From a virus: 64,000 nucleotides of DNA. Under the pieces are notes generated by a model. That model was not told the origin of the DNA, searched no databases, and saw only the letters and a list, made by a program, of their open reading frames with translations. Made by a program: the position numbers and the translations under genes. The stretch lies in the IMG/VR virus record IMGVR_UViG_3300027740_000040, positions 8,139-72,138 of that record; one strand, 5' to 3'. Below, piece after piece: positions 1 to 7,687 of the stretch. Numbering within the stretch: the stretch's first letter is position 1; every line of letters begins with the position of its first letter.

Positions 1-46
1 TGTCCGAGTCGCCGCCGCGGAGAAAGACCGCGACTGGTATCGCGAC

Positions 47-757
47 ATGGCCGAGTTAAGCGGCATCCTCAAGGTCGAGAAGATGGCGGGGAGGCGCAGT
101 GATGAAACGGTCGTGGGGGCGGTTGAACGCCTGACGAAGGAGCGGGACGACATTGAGAGCGCGCGCGACGTGGCGACGTCCGAGCTGGCGCTGTCGAGGG
201 AGGAACTACGCTCCATTCGCGCCGCCGTGGACGCCTGCGCCGACGAGAGCACGATCGACGCGGTTCACTGCGAACTCCGATCCGCCCGTGCCGAGGTCGA
301 GCGGCTGACGAAGGAGCGGGAGCAATCCCAGGCGTCCTGGCTCCACGGTCCCTCCTCTGCCGAGCGCGGGGTCATCGAGGCGGCGCGTGTGTACGCCGCT
401 GCGGTAGAGCAGGTGGCCGAGCAGTGGGAGCGCAACGAACCGACCTCCGATGCCGCGTCCGCCTGTGAGATGATGCAGCGCAAACACCAGGCTGAGGGCA
501 TCGCTGCCGGGTTCGAGGCGGCCCTCATGCGCGCCGTCCGCGCGCTGGGCGGGCAAGCGGAGGCCACTCCTGCACCGGATCCTGGCCTGGCGCCGGGGTC
601 GCGGTGGGATGGGGATGCGGTGGTGGAGTCCAACGGTACGATAGTTAGGATGTCCGGACCCTCTAACCTGCGGATTTCTTACCAGGGAATGCTGGATGCC
701 CACCTCTCCAACGTCCGGGCCGTTATCGCGCGGCACGACCGGAAGGCGGGCAAGTGA
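47..757 (+). CDS. coiled-coil hypothetical phage protein (probably 5'-truncated by the window edge)
   Basis: Frame is open from base 2; heptad-like helical sequence; GTGA overlap with the next gene. Confidence 0.7.
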   Translation: MAELSGILKVEKMAGRRSDETVVGAVERLTKERDDIESARDVATSELALSREELRSIRAAVDACADESTIDAVHCELRSARAEVERLTKEREQSQASWLHGPSSAERGVIEAARVYAAAVEQVAEQWERNEPTSDAASACEMMQRKHQAEGIAAGFEAALMRAVRALGGQAEATPAPDPGLAPGSRWDGDAVVESNGTIVRMSGPSNLRISYQGMLDAHLSNVRAVIARHDRKAGK

Positions 758-930
758 AGGTCATCCTCATCTCGGAGGCCCGCCTGGACGAACTCGTTCA
801 GGCGATGCTCGACCACTTGGCGGCGAAAACGCAAGAGCCACGCGATCCCGACGTCCGCTTGTCGTTCCGAGCGGTGAACTACTGCGTGCGCGAGCTCGTG
901 GGCAAGATCAAGGACGAAAGGGGGCTGTGA
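754..930 (+). CDS. small hypothetical protein (58 aa, MKVILISEARLDEL...)
   Basis: GTGA overlap upstream and TGATG overlap downstream; below ORF-track cutoff, translated by hand. Confidence 0.7.
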   Translation: MKVILISEARLDELVQAMLDHLAAKTQEPRDPDVRLSFRAVNYCVRELVGKIKDERGL

Positions 931-1358
931 TGCCTGACAACGTCGACCTCTGGAACGAGCTGCGCCACGCCCAGCACGAGGCGCGCGACGCGGAGCGCGA
1001 ACTCGCCGCCGCCCGGAAGCGGATCGCCGAACTCGAGTCCCAACTCGACGCCTACCAGCGCGGTCAGCGCTTGATCGACTCGCTGCCGGAACTCGAGCGC
1101 GCGGAGATGTGGCGCGACATCAACAAGGTGGTCGCGGACACTCGCGAGCTGCGGGCCTTCCGGGCGCTGTTCGAGTGGCTCACGAACCCGGGTGTCGATC
1201 GCGAGATCAGCCACGACGGACGCGGGCTCTACTGGGCCTGCGACGCCGACGATCAGGACGTCTGCGGGACCGACGTCGTCTCGCTAGCCGCCAACCTCGG
1301 CCTGCTCGCTGACGAGGACTGCCCGGAGTCGGGGAGGGGAGGAGGGGACGGTGGGTGA
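930..1358 (+). CDS. hypothetical protein with N-terminal coiled coil
   Basis: ATG at 930 overlaps the previous stop; MPDNVDLWNELR... Confidence 0.7.
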   Translation: MPDNVDLWNELRHAQHEARDAERELAAARKRIAELESQLDAYQRGQRLIDSLPELERAEMWRDINKVVADTRELRAFRALFEWLTNPGVDREISHDGRGLYWACDADDQDVCGTDVVSLAANLGLLADEDCPESGRGGGDGG

Positions 1359-1725
1359 ACGAATCTACGTTGCGAGCAAGACGATTCATGCTCACCGGTG
1401 GATCGCGCTTCGCGACGTCGGGATGCCAATCATCAGCACGTGGATCGACGAGGCGGGCCCCGGGCAAACCATCGACTGGCCAGGACTGTTCACCCGATGC
1501 GTCACCGAGGCGTCGGGAGCTGACGTGCTGATCTGCTACTCAGAGCCCGGTGAAATCCTCAAGGGTGCGCTTGTGGAGGTCGGAGCCGCACTGGCTCACC
1601 GGGTTTCGGTGCTGTGGGTTGGGCCAGCGCAGAACGTCTGCCGTCATCCGCTCGTGACGGTGTTAAGCTCGCTCGACGAAGCGGTCTTCGAGGCGATACG
1701 GATGGCGGGGAGGACCCATGCCTGA
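1351..1725 (+). CDS. nucleoside 2-deoxyribosyltransferase-like Rossmann-fold protein
   Basis: IYVAS at first strand and KGALVEVGAALA motif, typical of NDT-like phage proteins. Confidence 0.55.
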   Translation: MGERIYVASKTIHAHRWIALRDVGMPIISTWIDEAGPGQTIDWPGLFTRCVTEASGADVLICYSEPGEILKGALVEVGAALAHRVSVLWVGPAQNVCRHPLVTVLSSLDEAVFEAIRMAGRTHA

Positions 1726-1939
1726 CCTGACCCCCTACCAGATCGCCGTACTGCGCGCCTGCCCGGACCAGCCCGGGGCGCGGTTCCCGAGCAGCACGAA
1801 GGAGGTGCTGGCGCTCTCCTGGCTAGCCCAGATAGGGCTCGTTCGCGCGCTACCGTACTACCGACGCAGTGGCGATGGCGAGCGCGTCTACAGCTCGTGC
1901 TGGCAGCGAACGCCAGCGGGAAAGGAAGTGGCGAAATGA
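1718..1939 (+). CDS. small winged-helix-like protein, paralogue 1 of 3
   Basis: MPDLTPYQ-AVLRACPD-PGARF...GLVRALP...WQRTPAGKEVA, shared with 2828 and 3247. Confidence 0.75.
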   Translation: MPDLTPYQIAVLRACPDQPGARFPSSTKEVLALSWLAQIGLVRALPYYRRSGDGERVYSSCWQRTPAGKEVAK

Positions 1940-2100
1940 TCCGGTGGATGTACGGCGTGCCGATGCACGTTCTGGCTGGGCTCGAAGACCACAAGCTCTC
2001 GCGACACCGCACGTGGTTCGCCGGTTTCGTGCTCTTCCGGAGGTTCGCGGTGGGCGTCCTGTGGAGGACCGAGAAGGGAAAGGAAGTGGCAAATGGTTGA
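1936..2100 (+). CDS. small hypothetical protein (54 aa)
   Basis: ATGA overlap; ends in the shared GKEVANG junction. Confidence 0.65.
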   Translation: MIRWMYGVPMHVLAGLEDHKLSRHRTWFAGFVLFRRFAVGVLWRTEKGKEVANG

Positions 2101-2464
2101 ACCAACGATTGCACCCGATCTCACCACCGGTGAGCCATGGTGCTCGGACATCGGTGGTCCCATGATGCCCATGGACGCGATTGCCGTGGAGTTGCTCCGA
2201 TGCTCCGTTGCGTGGGGACCGGAGGTCCGGCTCCTCGGAAACATTCGAGCGTGCGAACTGGCCGCTCTTGCTGGGTATCATCACCGGTCCCACACTGAAC
2301 TCGTGCAGTTCCGGGCGCGGGTCGCGGAGATCGAGGGTAGGCGGTGCGACCGGTGCCGACGCCGCGGGCACCATGTTTGGCCACCGTGCCCCGACCTGAG
2401 CAATCAGATGGGTCCAGGAGAGTCCTGCTCGCGGTTCGAGGCGTGGGAGACGGAACATGCCTGA
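2093..2464 (+). CDS. Cys-rich hypothetical protein, paralogue of 3736-4170
   Basis: IAPDLTTGEP...ELVQ-RARVAEIE...CDRC...CPD...SCSRFE. Confidence 0.7.
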   Translation: MVEPTIAPDLTTGEPWCSDIGGPMMPMDAIAVELLRCSVAWGPEVRLLGNIRACELAALAGYHHRSHTELVQFRARVAEIEGRRCDRCRRRGHHVWPPCPDLSNQMGPGESCSRFEAWETEHA

Positions 2465-2639
2465 CCCCGATATCGTCGTCCACCATGGACCGTGCGAAAC
2501 CTGCGGTGGGAACGGCTACATCATCGTGGACACGAGCACGGAGAACGAACTCGCACAGGACACCGATCGCTGTTGGGATTGCGACGGCTCCGGGGAAGCA
2601 TTCTGGATGTACCCGGAGAAAGCAGTGGACCATGCCTGA
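2457..2639 (+). CDS. DnaJ-type CxxCxGxG zinc-finger mini-protein
   Basis: CETCGGNG and CWDCDGSG motifs. Confidence 0.7.
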   Translation: MPDPDIVVHHGPCETCGGNGYIIVDTSTENELAQDTDRCWDCDGSGEAFWMYPEKAVDHA

Positions 2640-2835
2640 CACCAAACGCCGCAGTCCGCACGGTACCAACCCAGGCCAGTGCGGCTACGGATTCGGCCAG
2701 ACGTTCACGTGCGCGAAATGCCTCCGGCAGGTCTGCTACTGTGAAGGGGCGCACCTCGACGGCGACGGAGAGCGCAACGACTGGTGCAACGATTGCTGGA
2801 GTCGTGACGAGAAGATGAGGGCCGGCCGTGGCTGA
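2632..2835 (+). CDS. small Cys-rich zinc-binding protein
   Basis: ATG at 2632 in a CATGCCTGAC junction; CAKC, CYC and CNDC motifs. Confidence 0.65.
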   Translation: MPDTKRRSPHGTNPGQCGYGFGQTFTCAKCLRQVCYCEGAHLDGDGERNDWCNDCWSRDEKMRAGRG

Positions 2836-3040
2836 CCTGACCCCCTGCCAGCTCGCCGTCCTCCGCGCCTGCCCGGACCCACCGGGGGCGCGGTTCGCTA
2901 GCACCACGGTAGAGGAGGCACGGGCGATTGACGCACTCGCTGCGTTAGGGCTCATGCGGGCGCTGCCGTACTCTCTGAGGAGTCACGAAACGCACGTGTG
3001 GCAACGGACTCCAGCGGGAAAGGAAGTGGCGGATGGCTAG
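2828..3040 (+). CDS. small winged-helix-like protein, paralogue 2 of 3
   Basis: Clear similarity to 1718-1939. Confidence 0.75.
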   Translation: MADLTPCQLAVLRACPDPPGARFASTTVEEARAIDALAALGLMRALPYSLRSHETHVWQRTPAGKEVADG

Positions 3041-3254
3041 CATACCGCGCGCGTGGGCAGTTATCGTTTACCCGCCGACGGCAGGCACCGGGCTCCGTCA
3101 CGTGGCGTTGGTGGGTGGAGACAGAACGTTGTGTGGCAGGGACGCAACGTTCTGGTACACCGAAGCGTGTCTATTCGATCCCAAAACCATTGGGTGCAAA
3201 CAGTGCAAGCGCGCCTACCATGCTGCATTGGCAAAGGAGTCCGACCATGCCTGA
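3033..3254 (+). CDS. small zinc-finger protein
   Basis: H...TLCG...GCKQC motif; coupled overlaps at both ends. Confidence 0.65.
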   Translation: MASIPRAWAVIVYPPTAGTGLRHVALVGGDRTLCGRDATFWYTEACLFDPKTIGCKQCKRAYHAALAKESDHA

Positions 3255-3468
3255 CCTGACCCCCTACCAGTTCTCGGTCCTGCGCGCCTGCCCGGACCAG
3301 CCGGGGGCGCGTTTCCCGAGCTCGACGAAGGAGGTGATGGCTCTCGATGCTCTCACCACGCGGGGGCTCGTGCGGGCGATACCGTGGGACCGCCGGAGTG
3401 GCGACGCGCGCGTCCACGACACATCCTGGCAGAGGACGCCAGCGGGAAAGGAAGTGGCGAATGGGTGA
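3247..3468 (+). CDS. small winged-helix-like protein, paralogue 3 of 3
   Basis: ATG at 3247; near-identical termini to 1718-1939. Confidence 0.75.
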   Translation: MPDLTPYQFSVLRACPDQPGARFPSSTKEVMALDALTTRGLVRAIPWDRRSGDARVHDTSWQRTPAGKEVANG

Positions 3469-3736
3469 CCTACACGTGTTCACAACGGACTATGAATGGG
3501 TGATCGCTGCAAACCTGGCCGACGCCGTGGAGGTGTTCCGCGAGACGACCGGCGCCGAGTACGATGACCCCGAGAACGAGATCGAGCAACTCGACGACGA
3601 CGCCAGGCTACCGATCTGGTGCGACGCCGCTGGCAACCCCGGCGAGATCAACGGGGCCGGATGCTCGCTGGTCACGAAGACGAACCGCGAGTGGTGCCAG
3701 CGCGGACGCGGGTACCTGAGCACGACGGAGCAGTGA
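3461..3736 (+). CDS. acidic hypothetical protein (91 aa)
   Basis: ATG at 3461 after the junction RBS; TGATG overlap downstream. Confidence 0.7.
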   Translation: MGDLHVFTTDYEWVIAANLADAVEVFRETTGAEYDDPENEIEQLDDDARLPIWCDAAGNPGEINGAGCSLVTKTNREWCQRGRGYLSTTEQ

Positions 3737-4170
3737 TGGGTGACCTCCCCATCGCGCCCGACCTCACCACCGGCGAGCCACGGTGCTCGGCGGAGTGCCC
3801 GTCGTTCGTGCCATCTCCGCACTCCAGAGAGTACGCATCTCGATGCTTGGTGGACCCGATTATCAGCATCAGCGGGCCTTTTGTCGGTACCGAGTGCCGG
3901 ACATACCAGCGTCGAGCCGTCCACGAGCTCGTCCAGCTCCGGGCGCGGGTCGCGGAGATCGAGCGCAAACGGGCGCGGTGTGCGGCGGCGGCGAAGCAAT
4001 GGCGATGGCTGTCGTTAACCTGGCGCGCGACCGTGCGCCAGCACCACGAGCAGCGCTGCGACCGGTGCAAGCACCAGGGTAGCGAGTACCGATGTCCGGA
4101 TACGCGCGAGGAACTGGGCCTTGATGCATGGGGTTCCTGCTCGCGATTCGAGGAGAGGGAGGGGACGTGA
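3736..4170 (+). CDS. Cys-rich hypothetical protein, paralogue of 2093-2464
   Basis: Shared N-terminal and coiled-coil/Cys motifs. Confidence 0.7.
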   Translation: MGDLPIAPDLTTGEPRCSAECPSFVPSPHSREYASRCLVDPIISISGPFVGTECRTYQRRAVHELVQLRARVAEIERKRARCAAAAKQWRWLSLTWRATVRQHHEQRCDRCKHQGSEYRCPDTREELGLDAWGSCSRFEEREGT

Positions 4171-4664
4171 CAGAGTACCGCGTGCGCCCGTGGTCGGCGA
4201 AACAGGCAAACCGTTTCGTTGGAGAGGTGTACCGCCGACTCGGAAAGCGTCTGTCTCCGTCCTGCCTATGGGCGCTCCGACTCGAGCGTGATGGCGTGGT
4301 GGTCGGCTGCGTCACTGTCGGGAATCTTGCGCGCTTGTTCAACGACTCGGATATCCTGACGCTGACCCGACTCGCAGTGGTGGAGGGCGTCGATTGCGGG
4401 TGCTCGCGTCTGTACGGTGCCGCGGCTCGGGTGGCTCGCGCGATGGGGGCCGAGGGCCTCGTCACGTACACTCACCGTGATGAGCCGGGTACATCGCTCG
4501 TCGCCGCCGGATGGATTCGCGATGACCTCCCGGACGCGAATTGCGATTGGGCACGAGAGGAGCGCCAGCGCATGGCAGAGCGCGGAGGGTTCTCGTGGGG
4601 CGAACTGGTGGACCTGCTCGGGAGAGAGCCGACGACGTGGGAATCGAGGGAACCGCCACCATGA
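4167..4664 (+). CDS. XF1762-family (GNAT-like) phage protein
   Basis: LTRLAV...CSRLYGAAARVARAMG...LVTYT...E-GTSL-AAGW signature. Confidence 0.7.
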   Translation: MTEYRVRPWSAKQANRFVGEVYRRLGKRLSPSCLWALRLERDGVVVGCVTVGNLARLFNDSDILTLTRLAVVEGVDCGCSRLYGAAARVARAMGAEGLVTYTHRDEPGTSLVAAGWIRDDLPDANCDWAREERQRMAERGGFSWGELVDLLGREPTTWESREPPP

Positions 4665-5041
4665 CCTGCCACCACTGCCGCCGACTCGTCGAACCGTACA
4701 AGGATCGGATCACGCTGGGACTGGCGCACCGTCACGCCGGGATCCCTTTGGTACGGTGCATCTGCCTCGACTGGGTCTGGCCGTGGCAGCTCGCACCGCC
4801 CGCACTGGTGCCGAGCGGGCTCAGGTGGGAGCCGCTGCCGCACGCGTCGCCTCACCCATCGTGGTGGCTGAGCCGCGGGCCCCAGACCGTCGGTCGAGTG
4901 CGGCCTACCGCCACCGGGTGGACGGCGGTGGTCTGGCACTCGGAGGAGCTGTATTCGCGCACCGTCGCCACCGGCACCCTCCGCGACTGCGCGCGGGCGC
5001 TGGTGCGGAGCCTGCCCACCGTTCGGTCCGGTCCTGGTTAG
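4661..5041 (+). CDS. hypothetical protein
   Basis: ATGA overlap; last gene of the first + operon. Confidence 0.6.
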   Translation: MTCHHCRRLVEPYKDRITLGLAHRHAGIPLVRCICLDWVWPWQLAPPALVPSGLRWEPLPHASPHPSWWLSRGPQTVGRVRPTATGWTAVVWHSEELYSRTVATGTLRDCARALVRSLPTVRSGPG

Positions 5042-5067
5042 GTCGGCTGGCCTAACTTCGAGCCCGT

Positions 5068-5113
5068 GTCGATTTACGATCGCATCTGGCCCGATATAGT
5101 GTATAGATAGGAC
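5068..5113 (+). promoter_or_regulatory. sigma70-like early promoter, family A copy 1
   Basis: TTTACG-16nt-TATAGT; aligned copy at 5964. Confidence 0.65.
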
Positions 5114-5374
5114 ATGACCAACGCGACGACGATCGAAAAACTCCTCGCCCTTGAAGACGAGCAGACCCGCACGGAGGCCGCTCGCCAGGTCGCCAAGGCC
5201 GCGCTGGCCGCCGACCCGGACAGCGACGCTCTCTACGACGCCGAGGACGCGGCGGGAGAGGCCGCCAAAGCCGCTCGCAAGGCGTTCGATGCGGCATTCT
5301 CCGCGTTCGCCCGCGAGTGCGGCTCGCAGTCCCGCGCCAACGACCTACTCCGCGCCGCCCGCTGCGCACGGTGA
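5114..5374 (+). CDS. small Ala-rich helical protein
   Basis: First gene after promoter A1. Confidence 0.75.
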   Translation: MTNATTIEKLLALEDEQTRTEAARQVAKAALAADPDSDALYDAEDAAGEAAKAARKAFDAAFSAFARECGSQSRANDLLRAARCAR

Positions 5375-5393
5375 AACCGTTCCTCCCGCTCCA

Positions 5394-5420
5394 GCCCCGC
5401 AGGTCGTCAGACCCCGGGGC
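5394..5420 (+). other. conserved intergenic RNA hairpin (CA/Y internal loop), copy 1
   Basis: GCCCCG-CA-GGTC-gtca-GACC-C-CGGGGC just upstream of an RBS. Confidence 0.65.
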
Positions 5421-5443
5421 CTGATGCGTCGGAGGAACCCGCC

Positions 5444-5668
5444 ATGACGATCCGCATCGAGGTCAGCACCGAGTCGCTGGGGTACGAAATCGCGACGGCC
5501 GCGAACGTCGAGGACTACTGCACCTGGGCCGACGATTGGTTCGGCGAGAACTATCCCGACCTGGACGTAGAGCACGTACCGGGCCCCGGCGGCAGTCGTG
5601 GCACCGACGTCTACGAGGCCGAGCAGGAGTGTTTCGAGGCGTGGTGCGCGGCTGGTGCGCAGGGGTAA
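5444..5668 (+). CDS. small acidic protein
   Basis: GGAGG RBS; 74 aa, D/E-rich. Confidence 0.75.
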   Translation: MTIRIEVSTESLGYEIATAANVEDYCTWADDWFGENYPDLDVEHVPGPGGSRGTDVYEAEQECFEAWCAAGAQG

Positions 5669-5671
5669 CAC

Positions 5672-5938
5672 ATGCCACCTCCCCGCCTACTCCTCGCCCT
5701 CCTCACCTCCCCATCGCCCACCGACCAGGCGAGGGCCATGGCCGAGATCCGAGCGGCCTACCTGGCCGCAGGAGGGTCTACCCGTGGAGCCGCCCAGCAC
5801 CTCGGTATCCGGGAGCTGACCCTCTATGGGTGGCTGCGGCGCCTGCCGGACCTCTCCCGGGCGGTGGACCAACTACAGGCCGAGCTAGGCTGGAGACGGT
5901 CCGGACAGGTGAGGACGCGGAGGGCAGGGCGGGACTGA
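5672..5938 (+). CDS. Fis-type HTH DNA-binding protein
   Basis: STRGAAQHLGIRELTLYGWLRRL HTH motif. Confidence 0.7.
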   Translation: MPPPRLLLALLTSPSPTDQARAMAEIRAAYLAAGGSTRGAAQHLGIRELTLYGWLRRLPDLSRAVDQLQAELGWRRSGQVRTRRAGRD

Positions 5939-5963
5939 CCGGGTGGCCTATCTGCTTGGCTCG

Positions 5964-6009
5964 GTCGATTTGCGATCGCAAACGGCTCCGGATAGTGTAT
6001 AGATACAGC
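5964..6009 (+). promoter_or_regulatory. sigma70-like early promoter, family A copy 2, with palindromic operator
   Basis: TTTGCG-16nt-GATAGT; perfect 14-bp palindrome TTTGCGATCGCAAA at 5969-5982. Confidence 0.65.
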
Positions 6010-6141
6010 ATGACGACGACAGAGACAGCGGCCAGCCTCCTGGCTCCCGAAGTCCTCGCCGCCGCCATCGGGATCCCCGCCAGCCGAACTGGCGCGCGGC
6101 GTGAAGGTACGTACTCCTCCCCGGGTAGGCTCCCGGGGTAA
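6010..6141 (+). CDS. short hypothetical peptide (43 aa, MTTTETAASLL...)
   Basis: ATG at the same offset from the promoter as 5114. Confidence 0.45.
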   Translation: MTTTETAASLLAPEVLAAAIGIPASRTGARREGTYSSPGRLPG

Positions 6142-6210
6142 CCAATCCCAGCCAGTCCCCGCCCGAACCCAGGTCACGCTGGGGCGGGCTTCGGGCGTTG
6201 AGGACCCACC

Positions 6211-6417
6211 GTGACGACCAACACCCGCACCGCGCAGACCTACGGAGAGCTAGTCGAGATCGTCGCCCGGACCGCAATCGAGCAGGGAGCCGGCGAGGAT
6301 TACATCCCCGGGCACGGGGATTACGAGGCACTCGAAGCTTTTGCCGGCACCGCGCCGGACGCTACCACGCGCGACCAGTTCGCGCGTGACGTGCAGGCCG
6401 AGATCGCCGCCGAGTAG
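6211..6417 (+). CDS. small acidic protein
   Basis: GAGGA RBS, GTG start. Confidence 0.7.
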   Translation: MTTNTRTAQTYGELVEIVARTAIEQGAGEDYIPGHGDYEALEAFAGTAPDATTRDQFARDVQAEIAAE

Positions 6418-6438
6418 TCCCTCTCTGCGCCCACTCCC

Positions 6439-6465
6439 GCCCCGCACCTCTCACGAGGCCGGGGC
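6439..6465 (+). other. conserved intergenic RNA hairpin, copy 2
   Basis: GCCCCG-CA-CCTC-tcac-GAGG-C-CGGGGC followed by CGTCGGAGGA RBS. Confidence 0.65.
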
Positions 6466-6485
6466 TCGCGGCGTCGGAGGACACC

Positions 6486-6692
6486 ATGACGCACGCCGAA
6501 GCCACGATCAGCACCAAACCCGTTCACCTGGTGGACCGAGACGCCACCGGGGAATTTATCGTCCGCCACCCAGCGTGGCTCCGTGACGGGGTGCTCGTGA
6601 TCGCGCACCCGACGGACCCGAAGGGGCTCCCGGTCGTGGCGCCCGTCGACGGCAGGTACGAACTGTCCCCCACGCTCGGCTACGATGAGTAG
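6486..6692 (+). CDS. small beta-rich hypothetical protein
   Basis: GGAGG RBS, 68 aa. Confidence 0.7.
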   Translation: MTHAEATISTKPVHLVDRDATGEFIVRHPAWLRDGVLVIAHPTDPKGLPVVAPVDGRYELSPTLGYDE

Positions 6693-6765
6693 TCCTCACA
6701 AAGCTGAACCCCGCCGGCTGAACCGACGGGGCTCGTTGCGGTCTGGGCTCGTGGCTCAGCCGCTG

Positions 6766-6848
6766 AGGAGGGTGAGGGATTCGAACCCCCGGACGTTACC
6801 GTCTGCCGGGTTCAAACCGGCTGCCTTCGACCTCTCGGCCAACCCTCC
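6766..6848 (-). tRNA. tRNA-Ser (anticodon UGA), class II
   Basis: Acceptor GGAGGGT/ACCCTCC; D arm GCC/GGC; anticodon arm GCCGG-TTTGAAC-CCGGC; long variable arm; GGGGG-TTCGAAT-CCCTC T arm; CCA not encoded. Confidence 0.9.
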
Positions 6849-7040
6849 ATGTCTCTACCCTGTACCATCTGCGGCGCCCCTTGGCATCCCGCAACCGGAG
6901 CCTGGTACTCGCCGCGGGGACGCGCCTGCTATCGGTGCGTCTGCGAGCTGTGGGACTGGCACCGGCGGCGGATGCGAGGACGGGCGAGGGGCGGGAAGGT
7001 CAGCTTCTACGACCACGTCTTCGGACCGCAGCAGAGATAG
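6849..7040 (+). CDS. small zinc-finger protein
   Basis: CTIC...CYRC motif; no clear RBS. Confidence 0.5.
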   Translation: MSLPCTICGAPWHPATGAWYSPRGRACYRCVCELWDWHRRRMRGRARGGKVSFYDHVFGPQQR

Positions 7041-7131
7041 TTCGGGCCCGACCGCCTATCGACGATCGGGCCCGGGATACGGGCAGCAAACTCGGCTTCG
7101 CTCCAATCCTAGCCACTACCCCTCCCGCGCG

Positions 7132-7593
7132 CTACTCGTCCAGCACGCGAATCGCCCCCGGGACATCCGGCCGTGGCGGCTGCGTCAGGTGGCTCCGGAC
7201 CTCCGTGAGTTGCTGCCGCCGCTGGTCCTCCCTCGCCTTGTCCGCCGCCCGCATCTCGACCACCAACTTGGCCAGCGACTCGACCTTCGGCTCGAGCCTG
7301 GCCACGGTGGCAGACAGGACCTGGACCTGGACTGTCAGCGCCGTCGTGGCCTGCGCCTGGCCCCCGTCGCCCCTCAGTGCCCGGATGAGTTCAGACGCCC
7401 CGCCAGAGCCCAGCACGACGGCCAGGACGACCGCTACCGACTGCGCTCGCCCTGGTGGAAGAGACGCGCGTGGGGAGGCAGGAGGGGGTGCCACGGGGGC
7501 ATCTGGCTTCGGCGGGTCAGAGTCCGGCACGAACACCGACATCCCGTCCGGGTCGTGCGCCAGGTGTCCGGTGCGGGATAGGCGGTCGGGCAT
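7132..7593 (-). CDS. membrane-anchored coiled-coil protein
   Basis: AGGA RBS; Pro-rich N-terminus, hydrophobic segment, then heptad repeats. Confidence 0.7.
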   Translation of the reverse strand: MPDRLSRTGHLAHDPDGMSVFVPDSDPPKPDAPVAPPPASPRASLPPGRAQSVAVVLAVVLGSGGASELIRALRGDGGQAQATTALTVQVQVLSATVARLEPKVESLAKLVVEMRAADKAREDQRRQQLTEVRSHLTQPPRPDVPGAIRVLDE

Positions 7594-7650
7594 GGTTTCC
7601 TGCGTGTTTTGTGCTTGGCCAGCGGGTCAGGTCGATTTGTTGAGAAGGGA

Positions 7651-7687
7651 GCTTGACTGTACTCTGAAAAGGAGTACCTTATGAAGC
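7651..7687 (+). promoter_or_regulatory. sigma70-like promoter, family B copy 1, with GTACTC-N7-GAGTAC operator
   Basis: TTGACT-16nt-TACCTT; inverted repeat fills the spacer. Confidence 0.7.

Noticed and set aside
6119-6196. Hairpins at 6119-6138 and 6158-6196 as further copies of the CA/Y motif
   Set aside because: They can fold but lack the CA/Y internal loop; the same applies to the hairpin at 6706-6734.
6766-6848. tRNA as attP or prophage boundary
   Set aside because: No integrase or duplicated tRNA 3' end in the window, and phage-type genes lie on both sides.
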